Origin: Eledone cirrhosa
Taxonomy: Eukaryota
NCBI GenBank assembly: GCA_964016885.1
Contig: OZ024742.1
Coordinates: forward strand, 55,552,001 to 55,616,000
Reading direction: 5' to 3'
DNA length: 64,000 nucleotides
Both the position numbers and the translations under genes were made by a program. The notes beneath the pieces were generated by a model. That model searched no databases, had not been told where the DNA came from, and was given only the letters and a program-made list of their open reading frames with translations. This document shows positions 1 to 14,483 of this stretch, in pieces (position 1 is the first letter of the stretch; each line of letters starts with the position of its first letter).

Positions 1-956
1 CCATCGATGTAAATATACATATATATACATAGAAAGATTGGCACAAAATTCGGCTAGCAAGCCAAAGAACTTACAAAAATATCTGGTTATTTCCAAATCG
101 GATATCAAGCAAAAAAGCATACATAAATATGGTAAAATTCAGAAATTTAATATTTCTGTGTCATGATCAACACATTTATATATGAAACCGTGGTATGGGC
201 AAGGATGAAATTTTAATGTAAGAGAATGTCTGCCTGCCTTTCCTTTTTGCCTAGTCATATCTATACAAAATATAATTATTGTTATTTCCTTAATAATATC
301 GTATGTGTATGTCCTCAATTATGATATGTTTGCATCTAATATTAGTTTGACTTATATCTGTCGTTAAATACATTATATACTATTCCTCTAGGTTGTTGAA
401 TTGCTCTATTTTAAAGTATATTGAGCTATTTATAACTATTCTCCTCCAAAACTTTATCCTATGTTATGATGATATATGTTACTTTCAAAATCGCACATGG
501 TTATTTATCGTTGAAATAAATATTTGCCTTCCAATATTATTTCAGGGAGACGCGTCTAGATAAACTTCTCATAGATGAATTCATTTTTCAATTTGAACAC
601 GCCACGGATAGTATTTATTTGTAGCACTAAAACAGCTTGCAGAACTAGATTGATGAAGACCCTGGTCTTAAAATTGCTAAATGTCTGGTTTATTTTAATT
701 ATGGTAATTGTTATGAATTTTTCTTTTAATGAGAACCGCAGGCAAGAATTGAATTTTACTGTAAGTGATATTTTCTGTCTTGCTTACTTTCCTGACAGAA
801 TATAATTATTATTGTTTCAATAACAATATATGTCGATGCACTGAATTAAGATATTTTTGCATCTAATTTTCTATAAGCTTTTATGATACAACTAAATCGA
901 GATGATTTGTTTTGATATATATATATATATACAAATATAAATTTAGCGAGAATCGC

Positions 957-960
<4 letters not shown>

Positions 961-1049
<89 letters not shown>

Positions 1050-1126
1050 GAGAGAGAGAGAGAGAGAGAGTGAGAGAGAGAGTGAAGAGAGAGAGAGATG
1101 GAGAGGGAGAGAGATGGAGAGAGAGA

Positions 1127-1200
<74 letters not shown>
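961..1200. repeat. Compound (AT)n/(AG)n microsatellite
   Basis: Seen directly; explains the SL/ER-repeat ORFs 943..1215 and 1046..1375. Confidence 0.97.
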
Positions 1201-1906
1201 TGGCGAGAGTGACAATAAGAAGTCAGATATGCAGCTTGTTATGAAACCTTATTGCATATTACAACTGTTTGATATCGATCAGCGCGAGTTTGACCAGGCG
1301 ATCGGATCTCGACTCATAATCGATACATCCTCAGATATGCGAGTTTATAGGGGTGGTTCCATCCCCAAAAAGTAGAGTGTGCATATTTTCTTGGTCTGTA
1401 TTAGTTGTATGAGAATATATTTCTGACCATAAGCGAGCCATAGGAATCTAGGGGTGAATGTACAAGCGTGTGTGATAATGGGCAGCCATGGAATCATGCA
1501 GCGATTTAACAATATCGTTCAAAATATGAAGTTTGTAGTAGTAATATGCCGCCTTGATTGGAACAAATATTATTGAAAAATAATTTAAATGCCATAGTAA
1601 TTAAACGTGCATGATATCATTCAATGACTTAATGTTTTTTGGAGAAATTATTATTTTTCCTGTTGCGAGAGAACGTTTATTTTTACACTAATGTTTCGGT
1701 GAGACAACACCACAAATATTAATCCAGCAACTGTGACAGCTTGTTCTCATCTTTGACATCATTAAACAAAAGAAAATAACAAAGTCCTGTTGATTAATCT
1801 GTGTCATTCATTTCTATCGCATTTCAATATAGCATATTATTTTTAGTCGGCTATAATTTATGTTTGACCTCTCTTTTATACTTAGATATATAAGTAATTC
1901 TAAATA

Positions 1907-1968
<62 letters not shown>

Positions 1969-3668
1969 TGACTTCATGTTGCAACATAATGCATAAGAAA
2001 TCTATATGTTAAAAATATTAAAATGTCAAAAATATTCATTTGCATCATGTTGATAGATTTTTAATGACAAACATTTTATGCGCATATGAGATTGGCGAAA
2101 TGTTAATCATGTATTTGTCAGGCGTTTTTGGCGGTAGTGTGGATTAAAACGTATGTTTAACTCAAGGATCACCTATATCCTCTTGTGTGGTACATAACAT
2201 TTATTTAAAGACTAGAGTTTGCGACATTGAAAAGCTTCCGGTATGTCGTGGTATTTTTTGTTTAATCTGAAATATATGTAAGGCACTGGTACTAGCATCC
2301 ATTTCAAATGTGATTAAAAATGACTTCTTTACTAGATACACATCAATATTTAGAAGATATTAACTTTAATAACTTTTACTTCATTCTGTATATAACGACT
2401 TTAGATTTTATTTTTATTACGAATTGTTTATTTCATACGAATACAAATTACAGTATCGGAAACGATTTCCATACTTTTCTATCTCAAAATTATGCATTAG
2501 AGCGAATACATTATTTGGCGTTCCAATTTTGTGAGATATAATCATAGCCAGATCATATTTTGAAATATCAATCAATGATATGGGCAGAGGTTAATTTTCT
2601 TCCTTTAATAAATATAGACAGTGAATACATAATTTTTATTGGTGATTCCCATATATAAGAAGTGGGAAGATAACCGGTAATCTCTTCTCGGTAAACACTA
2701 AGAGTATGTTATGTTAACCCTCCTAGCATTTCACAGAAAAGACATTATTCTTGCATCACTAATCAACTAAGAAGTTTATTCAGAATAAATTATCTGAGCT
2801 TACAATATAATACCACCGAGAGAATCCAGCACGCACTAGTTTATCAGTATATACACTTAAATCCATCAATCAATATTTATGTTTCAAGCATGATAAAATG
2901 TAATCTCCTTTGCGTAAAATAGCGTAGTCAGTTGATTTCTCTAAAGATCTAAAGGTTTCATTACACTGTGGAACGATCAATATATATTAGGACATATAAT
3001 GCTACTTCATATAAAGCCTTTGCCCCAACATCACTAGAATTCAAAATAGGTTCATAATTTACTCGTTACGTACGGTAATATTTCACATCCCAACGTGGCA
3101 CCTACACATTTGAAGACTGAAACAACCGAGACGGAAAAATACCATGTATGTTAAGTAAAAATGCTATAGGTATTGAGATTTATGCACATCGAGAAAAATA
3201 TTAAATATTAAAGTACGAGTGCTAGTTCTTTAAACATGACGGAGCCTATAATCTCTCGAACCAGATATGAACATAGCCGATTACTTCAAGAGAAAGAATA
3301 AGACAGTAGGAAAGAGGAAGTGAGAAGTCTAATAATTAATGTAGGAAAGCCTTCCACACTCTCTGTATTTCGTGATTATCTTTTAGATATTGTTCCTCTA
3401 AAGTATATTCACTATCCTCTTTCCGTAAAGTTTATGCTCTACATATAAATTGCTGACGACAATGCTTGATCAGTCTCATATATTTTTCTTATGTACCAAG
3501 ATAATTCAGATATCTACAAATTTCTCAAAAAAAATATATAGAAGTTTTTAGACTACTAAATTGTGTTTATGTTTATTTTTATTTTTGAATAGTAAGCGCG
3601 TGCTATGTTTCATTCACAGCGATGTGTTTTGTTGTTTCTGAGCACGGCGCATTATTACGGCATATCAC

Positions 3669-3850
3669 GGCGGTGAATTGGCAGTATCGGTAGAGGGTTG
3701 GATTATGCTTTCCAGCATAGTTACGTCCCTTTACGATCTGAGTTCAATTCCCGCCGAGGTTAACTTTGCCTTTCATCCTTACGGGGTCGATAAAATAAAG
3801 TACCAGTAATGCACTTGGTAATTGCTGGCCTTGTGCCTAAAGTAGAAACA
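3669..3850 (+). mobile_element. tRNA-derived SINE (octopod-type), with TSD
   Basis: A-box-like TGGCAGTATCGG, B-box-like GAGTTCAATTCC, body GCCTTTCATCCTTACGGGGTCGATAAAATAAAGTACCAG, end TAGAAAC. An 18-bp direct repeat ATTATTACGGCATATCAC flanks it at 3651-3668 and 3851-3868. Confidence 0.9.
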
Positions 3851-3868
3851 ATTATTACGGCATATCAC

Positions 3869-4030
3869 AGATGGTCGGGCACCATGCTTTGACGCATAGA
3901 GTTGCGGCCCTTGCTATTCTGAGTTCAAATCCAGCAGAGATTAATTTGCCTTTCATCCTTACGGGGTCGATAAAATAAAGTACAAATAATACACTGGGTG
4001 ATTGCTGACCTCGTGCCAAAAGTAGAAACA
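3869..4030 (+). mobile_element. Second, more diverged copy of the same SINE
   Basis: Same B box (GAGTTCAAATCC), body and TAGAAAC end; the 5' end is interrupted by the upstream copy. Confidence 0.85.
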
Positions 4031-4712
4031 ATTATTACACGTTCATTCGGTCCAGTAAGATGGTAGAAATTACATCAAATTTCTTACACACTGTGACAAG
4101 TTGATATCTAGGTTATGGGTGAACATGTCTGAGGAATATTCATTAGAGTCAGTTGCTCCTTTCTTTAGACAATTGGAACACTCGTCGTCGGAACTGACAG
4201 AGTTCCGACAGATAAACACAACTAGTCGCGTATAAAAGCATTAAATCTCCGGAGCCCTAAATGTATCAAGAATACGAAGTAAGAAATATATACGAATATA
4301 GAGAACTAAACTTTATTATGAATCGGGCATACCGAATTTATAACACAGATAGTCCATAACTCAATAGTTAATACACATTTCATTTCATTAGTCACGTTTT
4401 TAATCACACAAAAAAAATTAAACAACATAGACACCACAACTTTTACCTTCTTTTTAAATTTAAAATTAAATTCGAACCTTATTTCCTATACTGATAAGAA
4501 ATAGATTTGGCGATAATAGTACATATATAAACACAAAAAAATCAATATATTTTCATTAATAACATCACCTCTAAAGTTATTCAACAGATAATCACACTAC
4601 GTTGAAACGCAAAAAGCAATGTTTCTTGCCTACAGAATGTATATAGTTAAAACAAAACACAAAGAGACAGAATAGGGTGAAGACAAAGCTGGATCGACAG
4701 AGGGAATATACA

Positions 4713-4811
<99 letters not shown>

Positions 4812-4815
4812 GTAT

Positions 4816-5460
4816 GTGTTCTAAATCTCGTTTTAAACTGTCCAGAGGTGACCCCTATATAGTGTTTAACTCCATTATGGCTAGTTACGGTGCACCTATA
4901 AATAACCTTATCAGTCAGGCAGTTTCCCCCGAGAGGGCAGCCTCTCCTGTCACGACAGTTGCGTTTTCCGTCACGGTCGCTCCTAGTTACTGAAGTAAAG
5001 CTATTACTATTCCTACCTATGTTGTTATCTATGTCTCTAACTCGGTCATTGGTACTGTTATATCTCTAGGCGTGCGGTGTTGTACCATTATCACTCCGCA
5101 CGCCTCAGCCCGTTCTGTTGCCGGTGGGTAACCCGTGCGGATCACCGGTATATTTCCCAGTCACGCCTTGGTTACGTGGGTTTCGTCTGCCGGGGCTGCC
5201 ACCAACACTATTTGGGGCTGCTAGGGGGATGTTAAGGTTATTAGTGTTGTTGTCGGGTCTAGATGCATCTGTGCTATGGTGTCGTGTTTTGTTGATCTTA
5301 CTGTGATGAGTTGCTCCTATGATGTCAGCTAGATTGGGGGTGGTAGAGAAGGATATTTTGTTATTGTTCCTGTTAAGTATTTTCCTGTATTTATGATTAG
5401 GTGGGAAATTCTTCTCTAAGGCTTCGAAGAATATCCTCGGTAAGTCGGAGACCATCCCAG
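4816..5460 (-). mobile_element. Penelope-like element fragment: linker, Zn finger and GIY-YIG endonuclease
   Basis: Minus strand reads PRIFFEALEKNFPPNHKYRKILNRNNNKISFSTTPNL and then NCRDRRGCPLGGNCLTDKVIYRCTVTSHNGVKHYIGVTSGQFKTRFRTH. Homologous to 60960-61680. Confidence 0.85.
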
Positions 5461-5696
5461 ACCCGATTTGAACTGGCACTAATGAAACAACACCCATAAT
5501 ATAAAAATGCAAAACACCATCATATGAACAGGTATAAAAAACCAAATGGGACTAGATTGTTTGAAAACCGGCCAGAGTTACTCCCCCTGCTCTGCGATAA
5601 TAACAGCACATGCACGTAGGAGAAAAAGGAACTATGATGTTAATTTAACTGTGAAACCCCTCTTGGGTCCTGTATTGATCATTGTTTTGTCTTCCA

Positions 5697-5739
5697 TGCC
5701 CTTGATAAGCACATTCCGGGCGAAACGTACGTAGGCGCA
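5697..5739 (+). ncRNA. Minimal type I hammerhead-like motif (PLE pLTR), decayed core
   Basis: GCCC-TTGATAA-GCACATTCCGGGC-GAAAC-GTAC-GTA-GGCGC; palindromic stem III as in PLE hammerheads. Confidence 0.65.
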
Positions 5740-5872
5740 CTGTTATATAAACATGTTCTAACAGTTTTAAACTCCATGTATTCATTTCTTTTATATATAT
5801 ATATAATGGTAGAACGCTAGTGGGTTATATACACAAACATACGCACACACACACGCACACACACACACACAC

Positions 5873-5937
<65 letters not shown>

Positions 5938-6160
5938 CATAATACATATATATGTATCTGTGTCTGTGTGCGTAGTTGAGTGTGTGTGTGTGAGTGTGTG
6001 TGTGAGGACCCGTAACTCCGTAAGGGCACCATTGTAATATACTGTGTGTGGGAAGCATTTAAAGTTTATCACATCTCCAGGTCTGAGCACACAGTATTTC
6101 ATCGAAAAAAACGAGAGAAGGTGATATAGAGAAAGTGATTAAGAGATATGGAGGAAGAAT

Positions 6161-6318
6161 TGACCCCAGTGTTAGACCGCTACGTTCTCATCGACCTCGA
6201 TAAGATAAAAGGCAATATTGATCTCGGAGAGATTTTGAACTCAACGTGAAGAGTCGTGGAATAAATAACGCAAAGCATTCCATTCGATATTCCTCCGCCT
6301 CTGTTTATTCGGCGACTC
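6161..6318 (-). mobile_element. Old, diverged SINE related to the 3669 family
   Basis: TGACCCCAGTG..ATCGACCTCG..AAAAGGCAA..GATTTTGAACTCA matches the reverse complement of the SINE body and B box. Confidence 0.6.
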
Positions 6319-6507
6319 TTATATTCATATGCATTAAAGAATATTAGAAAATACATCATTTCTAAATGGAAAAGAAAACAATTTTTAAAACACTTACGTA
6401 ATCATTGAGATAATTGCAATAAATCTGGAATTTAATTTGTTGCGTACGTGTATGTTAGTGATAAGTAGATTCATTAATTAATATCCCCTGCTATTTAGAT
6501 TACAAGG

Positions 6508-8552
<2,045 letters not shown>

Positions 8553-10021
8553 GTAACTATCAACTACCCTTCTAAACACCCTAACAATAGACTACCTGTA
8601 TTAGACACGGAACTCTGGATTAACACTATAGACGAGAGAGCCCACATTCTCCACTCACACTACGCTAAATCCATGGCCTCCAAATATCTGATACTCCAAA
8701 ACTCAGCAACGTCCAGTAGTGCTAAGTTTAATATTCTGATCGCAGACATGGTACGAGTGATGAAGAACGTGTCCCGCATGTGCGACCCAACAGAAATGGA
8801 AAGACACATCCAACACTTCATCAATCGCAAAGAGACAGGATCAGAGTATACAAAGGAGCCACGGAGAAGTATAAGACCCTCATAAAACTGTACATGAAAG
8901 GAATTTGCCCATTATACAGGTGCAAATCATGGAATAGCTTAGATAGGACTAAACATAAGATAGGGAAAGCCACCTCATGGTACAACAACCAAAGATACCA
9001 GAGTGTCATGTTCGTGGACGCTACTCCTGTAGGGAAATTAGCTAACCAGTGTAGAAAGGCCCTGAGAAAGACCCACCTAAAGATTAAGGTGGTAGAAAAG
9101 CCAGGAACCACCATAACATTCCTGATCAGCAAATCATACCCTTTTAAGAAAACCCACTGTACTAATAGGAAATGTATTATATGTAAAGTAAACCCTCGGA
9201 TAAACTGTAAAACTTGAAACGTAGTCTATATCATAAGATGTACAGAGGGTACTTGCAGAAAGATGACAACAACATACACAGGCGAGACAGCTCATAGCAT
9301 AGGTGAAAGGATAGACCAACACTGGGGGGAACTAAAAGGACGAAAAAACGGTTCAGTACTATAAGAACACGCCAGACAACAACATGACGGTAACATAGAC
9401 AACATAGAAATTAAAAATAATATCTAAACATAGAAATGACCCAGCAGATAGGCCAGTGAAATAGAACTTAGAAGGCCAAAGCTAAACAGAAACAATGAAT
9501 GGAATAACAACAACACCCAAACAAACAATACTGACCTAAGAGAAATATAAATAAATAAATAAATATATACACGAGCACAATAACAACAAACACATATAAA
9601 GACACACTAGTAAACTAAAATAGAATACAATAACTAAAACACAGTCACCCAAACGAGAACACACATCAAACACTATAAACTCACGCAAATGCATGCGCAG
9701 AGAGGAGCCAAAAATAAATATATAAATAAACAGATTAAATAAAGATGGCGTAGACATACAATACAACAGGAGCAAACATAATAGCACCACTGACGCTGTT
9801 GCAGATGTGCAACGAAAGAACTTTGTTAGACTATAAATATTTGTTTGTGTCTATATTATATCTGTATTTTTGACTGTTGGTCAGTCAATGGTAAACAATG
9901 AGGACCGAATAAATTAACTGATATAAAAGATACAGAAGCGAAAACCAACCAAACAGTGAATGTGTTCTGTTATTAATTCTGGCAATATTATTACAACAAT
10001 ATGACCCTCCCCAAGTATAAC
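8553..10021 (+). mobile_element. Penelope-like element, right (inverted) arm
   Basis: Reverse complement of 6613-8046 with substitutions and indels; ORFs 8673..8885 and 8780..9217; TYTGETAHSIGER motif. Confidence 0.88.
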
Positions 10022-11995
10022 AATATTTCTTTCGACACTTATGGAATTCCAAGAACAACAAATCTACAACCAATCCCTTCTATAATTCGGAGGCTCTTTC
10101 CTTACAGATCTCAAAAATAATTGGAAGAGATACCGAAGCGATTGTTTTATACTATGGCAGGAAGATACAAATAGACTCACTCTTTTCAAACATTTGATAA
10201 ACAACATTAAAAATAACATACAATTCACAATGAAATCCAACTGCAAGGAATTAGCCTTCTTCGATATCCTTATTTAAAAAACAGATGGCAAAATAGAAAC
10301 AGGCATCTTTTATAAAACCACGGACACCAAACAGTACTTCCTCTTTACATCAAATCACTCAAAACATACAAAACTTAACATTTCTTTTAATTTAGCCAAA
10401 CGTATATGAACTTTAGTATCATACCCAGCTCAACGAGTACAAGGACTAAATGAATTAAAAAGCACACTTACCTTAAGAGACTTCCCACTTGACATAATTA
10501 ATAACGGAATAGACAGAACAAAACATGCACATTTTCATCAACCCAACAACACAAAGCACAGAACCATAAATAATACCTTGCTATATGTATCCATGTTCAA
10601 CCACAGAAACACAGAAATGTTCGAACTCCTACACAAAAGCCTTCCTATTTTATTTAAAGATGAAAAAATGAAAAACATCCTAGAAGCACACAAGATCATT
10701 AAAAGTAAAATGCAACCCAAATCACTAAAACACATTCTCACTGGAACAAAGATACCAATCTCCAGCCTTACGGTAATAAAATGCGAAAGAACAAAGTACG
10801 GCGCATGCCTATACTTAATTGATGGACACAAATTCACATTTAAAGATGGCCAAACTTTGACAGTGAAAAACAATGTCACTTGCATCTCAGAGAACCTGAT
10901 CTACGTAATCACGTGCGGTGGCTGTCGACATAACTACATTGAATAGACGGGTGGGCCATTAAGGAAAAGAATGATCATCCATAGCCAAGAAATCCGAGAC
11001 GTAAACACAAGAAAAATCCCCTTAACTAGACACATTGCAGATTGTGCAGGAATGTCTCTCCCCAACTTTAAAATCTTCCTCCTTTACAATTACCCCGATT
11101 CTTTCACTCGATACAAAGAATAAATGAATAAAAACTATTTATTAACAAATTTAAACCCAAATTAAATATGTAATCACCCCTATTAGATTCTTCGCCCCCC
11201 CTCTCTCTCTCTCTCTCCAAGACACGCGAACGCACGCACACACACACACCACGAAATAAGAGAAAAATTGTTCATACACTTATTTTCCAAATATTCCTGA
11301 TTGAAAGCCACCAGTGATGTTTTGCTCTGTTTTTCCCACAACAAAGGAACCTGTTACAGAATGGCTGAAGCACATACACATACACCACACTCCCCCTTCC
11401 ACACACACACGTGTGTATTTTTATATATATACTTTCACACGTACACACACTCTCTAACCCCATATTCCAAAATTAGAATTTCTTTTACAACACTACTCTT
11501 GCCCATCCCATAGAATTTGTCTCAAGGTTACAATTCCGCCCTCTCACCCCCATCTGAACTCTTTATCAGTCCATTAACACAAATGAGATATACAAATATA
11601 TTTACAGAATATTTCCTTTGTCCCTAAAAACAATTTTGTTGTATGTGGAAAAAATATCACTTCCCACCCCTGCTGTTGCTGCTACCATGACTACACCTCT
11701 CACTATATACACAACAGTTCATTTTCTGGTCCCCTTCTCAACAAGGAAGATGAAAAAATTACCTCAACATTTAATTTTAAATCTTTAATTTTTAGTTTTT
11801 AATTCTTATTAATTATTTTTTAATGTGAATACTCAACATTTGATAACATGAATTTCACTAATACGAGGAAACCGGTTATATACATTATAGAACTCTTTTT
11901 TAAAAGAATTTTCCCTCTTCTCTGTTCAATAATGTCACTTTGACGAATCAAAGAATGGAAAAAAAAAAGAAAATCAGACCCTTAAATATATTTTC
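10022..11995 (+). mobile_element. Penelope/Poseidon-type PLE, decayed RT plus GIY-YIG plus 3' region
   Basis: Interrupted reading WKRY..DCFILW, IQFTMK, AFFDIL, IFYKTTDTKQY, SNHSKH; ORF 10578..10946 ends NLIYVITCGGCRHNYIE. Decayed HHR-like GAAACCGGTT near 11867. Confidence 0.82.
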
Positions 11996-12026
11996 CTCCC
12001 TATTTCCAATTACACATATCTCTCAA

Positions 12027-12089
<63 letters not shown>

Positions 12090-12110
12090 CTATCTATCTA
12101 TCCATCTATC

Positions 12111-12166
<56 letters not shown>

Positions 12167-12879
12167 AGTAAAAGTATATATATGTATATATATATTATAT
12201 ATGTATGTATATATTAAGATGTACCATCCGTCAACACCCGCAAAATGCACTTACTAAACTTAAACACATATATTGGTGTTGAGTACTTTTGACCTTGTTA
12301 AATTTACAATGAATAATGGTTTATTATATTTGAGAAATGTTTTTCAACTAGGTGGATGTTCACGTGTAGAATTGAACAATACATTATCTCATGTAAATCA
12401 CAAGCGTCGACAGCAAAAAGATAACGCGGCATTACATTTTCTGATCCTTATTACAAAGTTGTTGTTTTTTTCACGGGAATAGAGTATGTCTATTAAAGCA
12501 GCGAGCAGATGTTTAAGTTAATGGGATCCGTCCTCATGATCGATAGACGTTTTTTTTTAAATTGAATACAGAAAATATTCTATGATCAAATGGTAAAGAA
12601 AGTATTTTAGTGTCACGTGCGATAACAATATAAAGTTATTTCCAATGTTGCAACTTTAAATTGTTAAATGGAAAACTTATTTTAAGAATGAATAATAATC
12701 TATTTTAATAGAATTTTCACATGTTTAGATTCATGTCTTCAGTACGGTTGTGGTTCACCTGTTCATATGAGCTTTTGTAAATGTTTCATTGCGGATGACA
12801 GACGGGTTAATATGTTAGCAACAGAAATGAACAAATATCTGTTTTTAAGTAAAACATACAAAATACAAACACATTTACA

Positions 12880-13025
<146 letters not shown>

Positions 13026-13898
13026 TGACGCTGGCGATGGTGACAGTGGTAGCAATGGGGTTAGAAAGGTAGTAAGAATTTGAGTGTTTGTGTTGGAGAA
13101 GTTGTTGGAAAACAAAAATATTTTTCATACCTACGTAGGTTTTGATCACTTGTTGTTGGTTTTGTCTAATAATTGTAACTTCAGTTTAAAAAATTATAGC
13201 GGGTTTGTTACACTGTTGTTGAAGGGGACATATTTCCAGCTTTCTGCAAGAGCTTCCAGGTTGTAGTAGGGTGCCACCCTGTCAAAAAAGGCCTTGTTAG
13301 AAGAAAGATTAGAGATCCTTGTAGTGATATTTTATATATTTATATGTATATATATGCATATATATATATATATATATATATATGTATACATACATATGTG
13401 TGTGTGTGTATGTGTGTGTGTGTAAGCATTTATGTACGGATGGAGGGCGGGATACACAAGCATTTTTCTCTCTTTATATGTAGAAATTTTCAATAATTTG
13501 TTCCATATATTTGCTAAGAAGCATAGTACCCAATGTTATCTGTATATCTCGTGTTGCCATGTTGTTCAAATGTATTAGACTTATCATATGACGTCGTTGG
13601 CGCGAGGTCTCTAAAGCTGTGCTCTAAACAGACAAATGTTATAGCAATCGATTGAACGATGTCAGAGATTTTATTGAAGATAGGTGGTACACCATGAAGA
13701 TTGTTCTCGTAAACAGTTTGAAGAATAGCAAAATGCGTCTTCACAAAGAATGATACATTAAAGTGAAAGAAAATAGAAACCGTCGATTTAAGAGTACTCT
13801 CCGATAATAAACATAAAAAATAAGGATTCGAGTTGAAATTCAAAGAGATACAGAATAAGAGCCATTAAGATAAGAGACTATATATATATATATATGTA

Positions 13899-14030
13899 GG
13901 AAAAGAGTCAGGACACCGATGGCTGAGCTCCGGCTGTTTTGACAGCTAGGTCTGAACTAACGCAGTAGTGTCAGGACGGTAGTAGTCTAGCTGAACGTTT
14001 CAAGGGGGTAATTCCATATATGGGCATGTA
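13899..14030 (-). mobile_element. Non-coding HHR family A fragment (decayed hammerhead 13912-14009) between (TA)n tracts
   Basis: Aligns to 58881-59010 and 41281-41390. Confidence 0.7.
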
Positions 14031-14483
14031 ATGAGAGGGTAGTAATATATACATATATGTGTGTGTGTACATTGAAAATCAAATGCAAAAACTCCATCCT
14101 AAAGTGATTCTAAAGTGAACATCGCAGTATTCGCTAATCTAAAATTAATAACGGAACTTTGATTTAATAACCATGATGAAAATGGGAATTATCAATATAT
14201 TCTAGAAATTTTATTAGTATTCAAACACTGTAGACGATGTTAGAGTCTGTATATTGTGTCAAAAGACACAATATATAATTTACCAATAAATTAATCGAGT
14301 AAAAAGTAAAATATATTTCTACAGGGATTGAAATCTAAGCGAGCGTGTGAGATTACTGATGCGTTGTATACTAAATAAAACAACATATTTACATTTATAA
14401 TTGTAGGTAATATGGAAGTTACTCATCTCTCTCTATCTCTATCTCTCTCCCTCTCATTCTATCTATCTATCTGTCTATATATA

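Noticed and set aside
943-1375. ORFs rich in SL, ER, IY, CV or HT repeats here and throughout the window
   Set aside because: They are translations of dinucleotide microsatellites, not genes.
2100-2270. Faint mariner-like PHTAK motif on -
   Set aside because: Too short and decayed to support without a profile search.
3669-3760. tRNA gene
   Set aside because: A and B boxes are present, but the sequence continues into a repeated SINE body with TSDs and no convincing cloverleaf.
13514-13843. 109-aa ORF resembling a mariner HTH region (LQTVYE..PTTS)
   Set aside because: Similarity is weak, with no TIR pair or catalytic domain; at most a relic.
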